Source: Planctomycetota bacterium
Lineage (GTDB): Bacteria; Planctomycetota; UBA8108; SXIK01
DNA: 64,000 nucleotides
Assembly: GCA_965223265.1 (NCBI GenBank)
Contig: OZ244999.1
Location: 3,840,001 to 3,904,000, forward strand
Direction of reading: 5' to 3'
The notes beneath the pieces are model-generated. The model ran no database searches. It had not been told where the DNA came from and saw only the letters and a list, made by a program, of their open reading frames with translations. Of the stretch, positions 9,987 through 19,389 are shown one piece after another. Within the stretch, counting starts at the first letter, position 1. Every line of letters begins with the position of its first letter. The translations under genes were made by a program, and so were the position numbers.

Positions 9987-10783
9987 GCTCTGATCTGTTT
10001 CTCGTCGCGTTTCTTGCGGCGGTGAGCGGACTGACCTTCCGGCTCGGGCACCGCATCGTCGCCGTAGTAAAACTCGAGAAACCGTGACGAAGCCTCCTCG
10101 ACGCTATCGATGACGCGATCGCCGCGCCCCTTGAAATAGTAGTTCAGAACCATCGCAGGAATTGCCACGCTCAAGCCGGCCGCGGTCGTCACCAGGGCGC
10201 GGTAGATTCCGTCGGAGAGTTTCTGCGCTCTTTCGGTCGACTCTGCAGCACTCGCCTCGCCAAAGCAGAGGATCATCCCGAGAACCGTGCCCAGCAGTCC
10301 AAGCAGCGGCGCCAAGTTGGCGACGATCGAAAACGGCCTTAGACGCCGATCGAGGAGATGCATCTCTTTGGTCACGATCTCCTCGAGTGCGGCTTCCGCA
10401 TGCTCTTCGTTTCGATGAAGCCTTCCGACCCCGGCCTGCAGCACGCGACCGATGAGTGTATCGCCGACGTCGACCTCCTCACTAGTGGTCGCAGCGGCAG
10501 CGCGCGACGGCAAAGCCTGTTCGACATCGTCGACCAGATCCGGCGTACCAATACGGGAACGGCGCAGACTGATAAGGCGCTCAATTGCTGCCGTGGCAAT
10601 CACGAACGAGCAAAGAAAGATGGGATACATGAGCGGCCCGCCCTTCATCATCAGCGTGAATACCGTCTCCTGTGAGGCTGACTGAGGTGCTTCTGCCGCC
10701 GCGGCGTCCTGAGCGCACGCAAGTGACGTTGCAGCGAGCGCCCCGAGCGCGGTGACAACGTTTCTAAGACCCGTTCGGTCCAT
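9983..10783 (-). CDS. exbB: MotA/TolQ/ExbB proton channel family protein
   Basis: 'GGPLMYPI', 'APLLGLLGTVLGMI', 'ALVTTAAGLSVAIP'; N-terminal signal-like extension. Confidence 0.92.
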   Translation of the reverse strand: MDRTGLRNVVTALGALAATSLACAQDAAAAEAPQSASQETVFTLMMKGGPLMYPIFLCSFVIATAAIERLISLRRSRIGTPDLVDDVEQALPSRAAAATTSEEVDVGDTLIGRVLQAGVGRLHRNEEHAEAALEEIVTKEMHLLDRRLRPFSIVANLAPLLGLLGTVLGMILCFGEASAAESTERAQKLSDGIYRALVTTAAGLSVAIPAMVLNYYFKGRGDRVIDSVEEASSRFLEFYYGDDAVPEPEGQSAHRRKKRDEKQIRA

Positions 10784-10785
10784 AC

Positions 10786-13700
10786 TCAGTCGATCTCCAA
10801 TCTGCGCAAGCGTTCTCGGGCCAGTTTCGCCTCGTCACTCTTCGGGTACGACTTCACGACGTTGCGATAGTACTTTCCGGCATTTTCCGGATCTTTCAGC
10901 TCTTCGAAGCAGCCCGCCACTTGGAGCACGGCCTTCGACGTCCACTCTTCGTAAGCGAAGCTCGCCTCGACTTTGAGAAACTCAAGAATCGCTTTGCGGA
11001 ACTGTTTGCGGGCGACAAGGCACTGACCAACCTGAAACTGCGCCCGCGCCGCCGTTGGTGTCGAGTTTCCAGCGGCGGCCAGCGAGTATGCATCGATCGC
11101 CTTGTCCAAAGCCCCAAGGTTCTCGTGGGCCCAGCCCTCTCCGAAGTGAGCCCGGTACGTTGCGTCATGATCGGGATAACGCTCACGAAAAGCCGTGAAC
11201 ACCTTCAATGCCACATCGAAATGGCGATCTTCCAATTCGCTTTCACCGTGACCGAGCATGGCAAGTGGAGCCTCCCGGCTCTCCGGGAACGATTCGCTGA
11301 TGCGTTGAAACAGTTTTCCGGCCGACGTCACCTTGTCCTGATCAAGAAGGGTTTTGGCGGCGAGATAGGCCAGTTCCGGGAAGTGGTCGCTCTTGGCGTA
11401 GCGGGCGTGAAATCGCTTGAATGTAGCCAGGAGCTCCTCGTGTTCCTGAAGCTTGTAGTGAGCCCAGCAAAGCCGATACAAAGCACCTTCTTGGTGTTGA
11501 CTGCTTTCAAACCGCGGCGTCTCCATCAACTTCAACAGAAGCGCTCTCGCGTTCTCATAGTTCTTCTGTTCGAACTGCATCTCTGCAAGCTCGAGCTGAA
11601 CGACGAAACTGAACTCCGCGTGCCGTTTGTCGTCGGCAGACGCTTCCAAGATCGCCAACTGGTCTGCGAGTTCCTGATACGTCTCGACGGCCCTCTCAGG
11701 TCGGTCCATGCCGCGGTAGCACCATGCAATCTCGTACAAAATGCGACTCATTTCGCTCGGCGAATTCGGCGCTTCCTTTAGTTTCCAAAGCATCGCCAGA
11801 GCCTCTTCGTGCTGCCCTGTCTTGGAAAGCTGGCTCGCTTCCTCAAGCAGCACTAGGCTGAGGCGGGAGTCGTCGGGGTTCCGTTCGCGAAACTGAGCCA
11901 GCACCTCCTGTGCTTCGTCACCCCTGCCACTGGCTCGAAGACTCAACGCCAGTCGGTACTGAGCATCGGCGGCAACAGCGCTGTCCGGATAGCGATCAAC
12001 GATGCGACGAAAGTATTTTACGGCACGTTCATGCTCTTCCTGCTCGGAGCGATAGACGCCCACAAAAAAGAGCGCTCGCGGTAAGAACTTTGACTTGGGG
12101 TGGTTCTTGATCAGCCGGCGGAATCCTTTCTCGGCGAGGCTCTTCTTCCCCTCCTCGTGAGCGGTCTGACCAATTTCCAAGAGCACCTGATCACTGTATG
12201 GGTGGTCCGGATCAGTCTTCAGAATCTCCAGGTAAACGCTGCGCGCCGCCGACCAATTTTGCGCCAACTGGTGACTGTGTGCGATCTTGAAATGCGCGTC
12301 CCGTTTCTGCGCCAGAAGCTCACTTCGAACAGACTCTGGCGCGTTTTCGACGGCCTCGAGGAACGCGGACAACCGCTCGATAGCGACGTCATATTGTCCC
12401 AATTGGTAAGCCGCGTCGCCGCGATAATACGCGACCGAGAGCAGCTGAGGATCTGCACTGTTCACCGGCACTTCGACGCTGGTGAGATAGTCGGTCGCCT
12501 CCTGATACTTTTCCTGGAGGTGCAGGGCCTGCCCGACTCTCACTCGTGCGCGCGCGATCGCCGCGGCGTCGACGCTCGCAGTGGCGCTCGACACGAATCC
12601 CTCATAGGCCTGGATCGCGCCAGCCAAGTCACCGGCGGCGAATCGATTCTCTCCCGCCAACTGCTGAACGTCCGGCAAGTATGCGCTCTCTCCGTAGCGT
12701 GCAAGAAACTGAGAGCAGGCCTCGCCCGCCGCGGTGTAGTCTCCAGCGCGGTGCAGACAGAACGCCAGCAGATAGAGCGCATGATCGGCTTTCGACGTCG
12801 AGCCGAAATCCTGCAGAAAAGATCGAAAGGAACTCGCTGCGCCAGAGTAATCTTCAGCTGCAACAGCATTCAGACCGAATTGAAGCTCGAGATCGGCGCG
12901 CAGCGCGCTGCGGGGAAACTTCTGAACAGCAGCTTCAACAACCGCCGTCGCGGCCTCGATCTTGCCGTTCGACTTGAGCAGTCGTGAGAGGACGAGCGAG
13001 GCGTGATCACCGACACTCTCCGAGTCAACGAGCTCGCCCAAAAGATCCTCTGCCGCATCGCCTTTGCCGAGCTCGATGCGGGCTCGCGCGAGCAGAAGAA
13101 GCGCCTGATGTTGGTGCTCGCCGTTGCCCTTCGACCCTATGGTCTTCGCCAGAACCTGCTCGGCCTGTTCGAACTTCCCGGCCCGAAAAAGAGCGCTGCC
13201 AAGCCCGAAGCTTCCCAGCTCACGGAAGACACTATTTTCGGAGTCGGCCAGGCTCTCGAAGAGCTTGCTGGCACCAGCCTCATCACCCTGCTCGGCAAGC
13301 ATGAGGGCGACCATGTACCGGGCGTCTTCTGCATGGTGGCCGCTGGACTGTGCGACGTGGCGAAAGATCTTCAACGCGTCGGCAGCACCCTCTTCACCCT
13401 TCTGTGCAAGGTGGTAGAGACTCATGCCGAGATAAAACGTGGCGCGATCGTATTCGTCGCCCTGCGGCTTTGACGTCAAGAACTCCTTGTAGCGGTCGAC
13501 CGCGTCGTGGAACTCCTTCAGGTGATAGCGGCACTCCGCTAGGCCGAGCGTAGCGATCGCCACGTGTTTTTGTTTGGCACCGCTTCTCACGACCCATTCG
13601 AAGGCCTTCTCCGCGCCGCGGTAGTCTTGCAACCTGAGCAGAGCTTGCCCCAGAACCCGTGTCGCCTCGGCCTTCACTTTGAAGCGCTTCGATGAAAGAG

Positions 13701-14205
13701 CGCGACGCAGCGAGGCGACGGACGCCTCGAGATGCTTTCGCGGTGAGAACTCTTCGCCGTCTTGCGTCACAGACGGAGGCTTCGTGGCGACGTGGTAGTG
13801 ACTCAGCCCCAACGCATAGTGGACCAATCCCAAGTCACGGAATTCTGGGTGCTGAACGACGAACTCTTCATACTCAGGAATCGCGACGTGATAGAGTTGA
13901 CGATTGAAAGCGTAGTTAATCTTGAGGAATTTTTCTCTCACTGGATCTGCCTTACGCCGCTTCGAGCGCGACTCAGACTGCGCAAAAGAAGACGCAGTCA
14001 TGCAGACGCAGAACGCAGCCAGTGTGACGAGGGACAGCGACGAAAGCCCAGCTCGGAAGCAACGCACGCTGATACCGAACGAGCGCACATCCCGATCGCT
14101 GCAAATCGATGGCGACGAAATCACGCCCCGCGCAAAACGTAGCGCGCCGCTTTGGCTCGCTATTTCGCGGTCGTTGGGTCTGACGGCCATTCTGTGCTCC
14201 AACAT
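10786..14205 (-). CDS. Large exported tetratricopeptide-repeat protein (CpoB/YbgF/BamD-like repeats); true start probably downstream of 14205
   Basis: Many TPR units with '..YP.S..A..A.Y.LA' signature; C-terminal 'YRNVVKSYPKSDEAKLARERL' resembles the YbgF end; signal-like 'LVTLAAFCVCMTASSFAQ'. Ends 2 bp before exbB. Confidence 0.88.
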   Translation of the reverse strand: MLEHRMAVRPNDREIASQSGALRFARGVISSPSICSDRDVRSFGISVRCFRAGLSSLSLVTLAAFCVCMTASSFAQSESRSKRRKADPVREKFLKINYAFNRQLYHVAIPEYEEFVVQHPEFRDLGLVHYALGLSHYHVATKPPSVTQDGEEFSPRKHLEASVASLRRALSSKRFKVKAEATRVLGQALLRLQDYRGAEKAFEWVVRSGAKQKHVAIATLGLAECRYHLKEFHDAVDRYKEFLTSKPQGDEYDRATFYLGMSLYHLAQKGEEGAADALKIFRHVAQSSGHHAEDARYMVALMLAEQGDEAGASKLFESLADSENSVFRELGSFGLGSALFRAGKFEQAEQVLAKTIGSKGNGEHQHQALLLLARARIELGKGDAAEDLLGELVDSESVGDHASLVLSRLLKSNGKIEAATAVVEAAVQKFPRSALRADLELQFGLNAVAAEDYSGAASSFRSFLQDFGSTSKADHALYLLAFCLHRAGDYTAAGEACSQFLARYGESAYLPDVQQLAGENRFAAGDLAGAIQAYEGFVSSATASVDAAAIARARVRVGQALHLQEKYQEATDYLTSVEVPVNSADPQLLSVAYYRGDAAYQLGQYDVAIERLSAFLEAVENAPESVRSELLAQKRDAHFKIAHSHQLAQNWSAARSVYLEILKTDPDHPYSDQVLLEIGQTAHEEGKKSLAEKGFRRLIKNHPKSKFLPRALFFVGVYRSEQEEHERAVKYFRRIVDRYPDSAVAADAQYRLALSLRASGRGDEAQEVLAQFRERNPDDSRLSLVLLEEASQLSKTGQHEEALAMLWKLKEAPNSPSEMSRILYEIAWCYRGMDRPERAVETYQELADQLAILEASADDKRHAEFSFVVQLELAEMQFEQKNYENARALLLKLMETPRFESSQHQEGALYRLCWAHYKLQEHEELLATFKRFHARYAKSDHFPELAYLAAKTLLDQDKVTSAGKLFQRISESFPESREAPLAMLGHGESELEDRHFDVALKVFTAFRERYPDHDATYRAHFGEGWAHENLGALDKAIDAYSLAAAGNSTPTAARAQFQVGQCLVARKQFRKAILEFLKVEASFAYEEWTSKAVLQVAGCFEELKDPENAGKYYRNVVKSYPKSDEAKLARERLRRLEID

Positions 14206-14569
14206 CGATTGATCTATTTGCGCAGTGCCGCTCGAGAGCTCGAGCGGCAGACTCCACCGAAACCGGAGTCGAGACGGGTCGCGCGAACTCCTGCGATGCA
14301 GTCATGAAGGCAGGGGATGAGACGAGCCCGCACGTCTCGAATCAAGGCGAACTGCTGAAGCGGGAGCGTCCGAAGCCGCAGTTCTCGATGAGATATTGTC
14401 TTCCGGCAATTTCCGTCAGTATACGCGCCGGTGGGGTCGATGGTAGCCAATTCCCTTTGCGGCTTCGGACGGAAAAAGCAACCAGTTCGCGAACGCCGCG
14501 CAATGTCGTGTGGCGTCGTTCGGTGTTGTGCAGCAGATAGCGTCGCGGTCACTACGCTCGGAGATCGCT

Positions 14570-17386
14570 TCAACGGCAAAGACGAAACTCGCACATCGTG
14601 AACGGGTCATCTGCGGTCGGATCCGCACCACACGTCGCCGGAGGAGCCAGCGGCGTGTTGCCGCGAAATAGGTGATTGAGAACATTCACCATATCGGCGA
14701 GATCGAACACGGCGTCATCGTTGGTGTCGCATGCGTCACGACACGTGGGTTGATCGCCGCCCGCGAAGAGCGAGGTCAAACCGAAGATACCGTCTGATAT
14801 GTCGATGACGCCGTCGACATTGCAATCGCCACGTCGAAACGGATCGCTCCCGGTAGCGATCGCCGTGGCGCCGACGATCGCCCTCACGGTCGCTGGAGTT
14901 CCTCGCGAATTCCTCAGCGAGAATTCCACGCTCGTCTCCGATCGGCCGGGCAGCCCCATGCGAAAGTGCCGACCTGGCGCGAGCACCACGTCGCGATCGA
15001 AAATGGCGACGCTCGCTCCGTCTAGGCGAGCCCTAATCTCCAGCGGCAAAGCGCCGACGGTGTCGAGATTGACCAGCGTCAGATAGTAGTCGATGCTTCC
15101 GGCACCAAACGTTCGTCCAGCGACCACTCTTGGCACGGCCGTCGTGGCGTTGCCAGCCAGGGAAAGCTCTGTCTCCAGAAGCTGCTCCGTCAGCAAATTC
15201 GGGTGAGCGACGACGCTCTCTTGCACGATGAGTCCGTCTCCAAGAATCGACAAGCTCGCGCCCGTCGGGTGAGAGATCACGGGCAGCTCCGAAATCGGAT
15301 GGAATGTGGCGCCGATGCCGACGTCAGCGAAAAATGCCGTCGCAAGACCGAGAACCGACGCGCTGTCAGGGGACGGGCCAAGACCGACAAACTCGCTTCC
15401 TCGAAGAAGACTTTGAGAAAACCCCACGAACTTCGCCGCCGTCGCCGAGTCGCGACCAAACGGGGTCGACAGATAAGCATCCGTGAACACCGGCTTGAAC
15501 GTGTCCGACCCGCCCACCAAGAGGCTGCCACCAGGCAGCACGCACACCGCCCGTCCTGTCACCTGGAGAGCTTCGAACCCCGACAGAGCGCGATGCGGAA
15601 CCGGCACACGCGCCACGGCGGTCAGATCCTGTCCGCTAAGATCGAACCTCACCAAGACGTGCCGGTCCGCACCACCGACCCGCTCGCGCCCGTACGCAAC
15701 GAAGTACGTCTCGCCGTTTCCTTCGTGAACGTCCCAACTGTCGAAGACAACGCCAGAAGCGACGGCACCAGTGTCGACTGCATCGACGCGCATCAGCGCC
15801 GTTCCCTTCTGCTCACCGTCGACGGCAAAGAACGCAGCGCTCGGCTGTCCGCCATTGTCGAAACCATTTGAATCTAGAACCGCGAGTGCCCCGGCATCGT
15901 CCAAAGTCATGAAGGCGATGCCCACGCCGCCTCCCGCGATCGACGGCTCTCTCAACGTCAGTACATCCGTCGATTCCAAGGCGTGGTCAAAGACGCTGAC
16001 GAAGGCACTGGGAATCGCCGGAATGTATTGATAGAGCCGAAAGTCATCTACGCTGGCTGGCGTCTTGGTCGCAGCCAAGTCCCGATAGTCACCGTTAGGG
16101 AGCGGAATGCCGTCGAATTCGATCTCGGGCAACCCGACCGTCTGCGTGTTGCTGAATTCGCACGCTGGCGTCACGGCACCCCGGAGACCACCCCGCGACG
16201 TCGCTACGCTGACGAAGAGCTTTCCGACCAGGGGGCCCTCGGAGACATAGCTGGTGGCATTCGGCGGCAGAGTCGCGATCTCCACTCCGTTTTCGATCAC
16301 CACGACTTCATCGATCCCAGCCTGGGTGGGAGGCGACCAACTGAGCTCGTAGCGTCTGAGCTCGTCGTCAAAGTCGCACGTCAGTGCCACCGGCTCTAGG
16401 ACAGACTCAAACTCCAGATCATACGAGATCGCCGCTTCTGCCGGGAGATTCACTGAGAAGAGGGTCGGCTGCTCATTGACTGCACCGACCGCCAAATGAG
16501 CGAAAGTGAGTTCGTTGACTCCGGTCGCGACTGCACCTGAAAGATCGATCATGCGACCGGAATAGCCAGCGTCAGAGGCGCGATACTCCGCGACACGCGG
16601 TGTCCGCCATGCGTCGACGATCCCTGCAGTCGCCAAAAACGTGTCGTCGCTGTTGAAGGCAAGGCCGACTCCTGAGCCGCGAGGCTGGTTGCCAAGCAAC
16701 CACGGACCAATCGTGAAGTGAGGCACGCCAAGCAGCGGAAAGGGGCCATCCGTGACCGAGAAAAAGAAGTCGAGAAAATATACAGCATGCGTGTCTGAGT
16801 CGTAGACGACGATCTGCTCAGCGCTGGGATGAAACGCCATCGACGTCAATCGAGCGCCTTGGGTCCCTTCGACGAGAACGAATTCCGCGATCATGCTTCC
16901 GTCGTTATCAAAGACTCCGACGTGCGGATCAGGGCTCTGCTGCAGGAACGCGTTATCGATCAAAAGCGCGTTGTTGCCGCTGGCGCCGCCGATTGGAATC
17001 TCGGCGAGACCAAGCGCAACGCCGTTGGCAAACTCTTCCGGCAAACTGAATTCGACACGTCGCGGCGTCGCAAGATCGGCAGCGGGAAATGCCAAAACGA
17101 ACGGCGCCGCCGCGCTGTGAGCGTCAAGGACCCAAAACTCTTCGAGCTGAGTCTTGTACGTAGCGTCCACCGCGCTGAGATCCCACGCGAACTGTGTACC
17201 GGCCGCCGAGTTGGTCGCACTGCGACTTCGCACCTCGGCCGGCGCTGCCGCAGCCGGATTCGCGACAGCGAGCGAGCACGAGATCACCAGTAGAGCAACC
17301 ATCCCGGATCGACGCCGCGGCGTGGACACCCACGCCGGCGACGAATCGTGGCCGCACGAAACTGCGCTGCTTGCCCGACACCCCAT
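14570..17386 (-). CDS. Secreted beta-rich protein with C-terminal dockerin-like double EF-hand domain
   Basis: Signal-like 'MVALLVISCSLAVANPAAA' (start likely ~17302); Fn3-like 'ELSWSPP...VVIENGVEIATLP'; C-term 'FRRGDCNVDGVIDISD...ACDTNDDAVFDLAD'. Confidence 0.78.
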   Translation of the reverse strand: MGCRASSAVSCGHDSSPAWVSTPRRRSGMVALLVISCSLAVANPAAAAPAEVRSRSATNSAAGTQFAWDLSAVDATYKTQLEEFWVLDAHSAAAPFVLAFPAADLATPRRVEFSLPEEFANGVALGLAEIPIGGASGNNALLIDNAFLQQSPDPHVGVFDNDGSMIAEFVLVEGTQGARLTSMAFHPSAEQIVVYDSDTHAVYFLDFFFSVTDGPFPLLGVPHFTIGPWLLGNQPRGSGVGLAFNSDDTFLATAGIVDAWRTPRVAEYRASDAGYSGRMIDLSGAVATGVNELTFAHLAVGAVNEQPTLFSVNLPAEAAISYDLEFESVLEPVALTCDFDDELRRYELSWSPPTQAGIDEVVVIENGVEIATLPPNATSYVSEGPLVGKLFVSVATSRGGLRGAVTPACEFSNTQTVGLPEIEFDGIPLPNGDYRDLAATKTPASVDDFRLYQYIPAIPSAFVSVFDHALESTDVLTLREPSIAGGGVGIAFMTLDDAGALAVLDSNGFDNGGQPSAAFFAVDGEQKGTALMRVDAVDTGAVASGVVFDSWDVHEGNGETYFVAYGRERVGGADRHVLVRFDLSGQDLTAVARVPVPHRALSGFEALQVTGRAVCVLPGGSLLVGGSDTFKPVFTDAYLSTPFGRDSATAAKFVGFSQSLLRGSEFVGLGPSPDSASVLGLATAFFADVGIGATFHPISELPVISHPTGASLSILGDGLIVQESVVAHPNLLTEQLLETELSLAGNATTAVPRVVAGRTFGAGSIDYYLTLVNLDTVGALPLEIRARLDGASVAIFDRDVVLAPGRHFRMGLPGRSETSVEFSLRNSRGTPATVRAIVGATAIATGSDPFRRGDCNVDGVIDISDGIFGLTSLFAGGDQPTCRDACDTNDDAVFDLADMVNVLNHLFRGNTPLAPPATCGADPTADDPFTMCEFRLCR

Positions 17387-17797
17387 ACTTCTCGCCTCCC
17401 TTTTGACGCCGCTTCCGCCCCGGCTGCGTGGATTGGTCCTCGTGTGTCAGTCCCCACCTGCAGAGAATGTGACGGGACACTACCGCTCGCGCCAATGGTG
17501 CAGGCACTGTCCGACAGGCGGAGCAGAGCGATCCCAACGGGCGAGTGAAAGCGATCAACTGAACGATTCGTCCACGCGAACTCTTCGTGCTCCTGAGTGG
17601 ACATTCGTCGCCAGTCCTTGCGTCGGGCCACAGCGCCGACAGGCCTCAGGCAATCAATTTGGAGAACGTTTAGAGGGACTTCCGCGCGGAACAGTTGCGA
17701 TTGTACCACCCGCTGGACTGCCGTCAAAAGTTTCACAAACTTCGACGGTGATCAAGGTGCAGGCCGTCCGTCCGAGCGCGGGCGCGAGCGCCGCGAT

Positions 17798-17920
17798 GCC
17801 GCGGCGAGCCTCGCCGTTTATATCCTATCGAAGAGGGCTCGGAGATTACGACGTTCGCCGCGGCCGATCTGGACGCAGAGCGATCAATTCTCGACTCGAA
17901 GCACTTTTTCAGGCAGGCTG
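17798..17920. mobile_element. Degenerate MITE remnant (one end retained)
   Basis: 'gccgcggccgatctggacgc...tcgactcgaagcactttttcaggcaggctg' followed by CTAA matches the family's end; the other IR is not recognisable. Confidence 0.7.
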
Positions 17921-18020
17921 CTAACGCGAGCCGCCTCGTCCAGTTAGCGGTGGAATCGAAGAACGATCGCGGCGCTGTCCACATAAGGGAGGTACGGCGG
18001 GCGCTCGTCGGCAGAGGGGG

Positions 18021-18062
18021 TCACTGCACGGTCGTCACTGCACGGTCGTCACTGCACGGTCA
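18021..18062. repeat. 14-bp tandem repeat x3 (TCACTGCACGGTCG) spanning the stop codon of the lipoprotein gene
   Basis: tcactgcacggtcg tcactgcacggtcg tcactgcacggtca. Confidence 0.85.
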
Positions 18063-18771
18063 CCGCGCCGGGGTCGGTGTCACCGGCGCCGTCGAAACGC
18101 AGCGAGGTCTTGCTCCGATTCTTCTCTTTCAATCGCACCAGTCGGGATCGGACGATCGGAGCGTAACGCGAGTCGGCGTGCCGATCGAGGAAGTCCTCGT
18201 AGGCGGCAATGTTGTCATGGCCGGCAGCGTCGAGGTATTCGAGGCGAACGATCGCCAAACGCGCATCATCGGCATGCTCTCCGTCAGGGAACTGAACCAG
18301 ATAGCTCTCGAAGGCGAGAGCAGTGTTTTGTCTGGCTGCAGAACGAAAGGTCAGCTCCTCGAGGCGCGTTCGAGCATCGCGGGCAAGGCTGCCATCGGGA
18401 ACTTCCCGGAGGAACTTGCGGTATGCAGCTGTCGTGTCGTCATCGGCGGCGCGTTGGTAAAGAAACCGCGTACGAGCTTTGCGAGCCTTGTCTGCGAAGC
18501 GGCCGTTGGGATACTCCCTGAGATAGTCGTCCATCTCGTCCGGGTCGCCTGACTTCAACTTCTTTTCGAAGTAGAGCTCCTCGACCTTGTCGTAGGCTTC
18601 GTCGGCATACTTTCCGTCTGGGTACTGCTGCAAGTATTCCCTGAAACCGTGAATCGTGTTGTCAGCTAGAGCGTCGTGGTAGAGCTCCCGTTCGATGCAT
18701 GAGGTCAGCGTCATCAAGAGAAGTGACGCGACACCGACAGTCCGAAGCGGCGAATCAAAGCGCGAAGCCAT
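18049..18771 (-). CDS. Putative lipoprotein with ~32-aa helical repeats (Y..YL..YP.G..A..A)
   Basis: Lipobox 'LTSC'; five repeats such as 'FREYLQQYPDGKYADEA' and 'FESYLVQFPDGEHADDA'; SD AGGAGG upstream. Confidence 0.8.
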   Translation of the reverse strand: MASRFDSPLRTVGVASLLLMTLTSCIERELYHDALADNTIHGFREYLQQYPDGKYADEAYDKVEELYFEKKLKSGDPDEMDDYLREYPNGRFADKARKARTRFLYQRAADDDTTAAYRKFLREVPDGSLARDARTRLEELTFRSAARQNTALAFESYLVQFPDGEHADDARLAIVRLEYLDAAGHDNIAAYEDFLDRHADSRYAPIVRSRLVRLKEKNRSKTSLRFDGAGDTDPGAVTVQ

Positions 18772-19389
18772 AAGAACCTCCTAACAGAGGAAGTGATTCC
18801 GTTGGTGTAGCTCCCAAGTGCGGCGCAAAACCGTGACGAGTCGCTCCGACGAGTGGTTCTGACGAGTCACCGCCTCGGCCGACGGCGCGTAGCGCCGAGC
18901 TGCACGTACAGGCGCTCAGACGTCGCTCCCGGTACGCGAGAGACTCGAAAGTGTCTGTGGGCGTAGTCCGCACCTTCTGACTCGCCATGTTCGCAGGCAA
19001 TTGGGTGAGTTACGCACGCGCTCATTCCAAGCGATCCGTGCCTTCTGTCCGCGGGCGGCCCCTCAGCCGGTGGGAGGCCGGTGCGACGCGAATCAACGTC
19101 GGCCGCACACCGCACCGATGATTTCGGCACTTCAGCACCGGAAGTTGAGGTTTTTCGGGCTCTGGGTCTTCAATCTTTCCTCGAAGCGATGACGAGCCTT
19201 GGAAAGCGCGTGTTGCGCAAAATCGCGAGCTGGGCGGCGGCGCAGGCACACGGTGCTCATCGGCCGCGCCCGTGCCAAAGAGCCGCCGGCATGGTGACTC
19301 GGCGGCGGCCGACATTCCGAGAATGCCCAAACGAACCCACGCGGCACTTAGAAGGTCGGGAGGGCGCGTCACGGATCACGAGACCAGTC

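Noticed and set aside
10786-14205. TPR protein as magnetosome MamA
   Set aside because: It is far larger than MamA, exported, coupled to exbBD and ~46 kb from the mamK-like gene.
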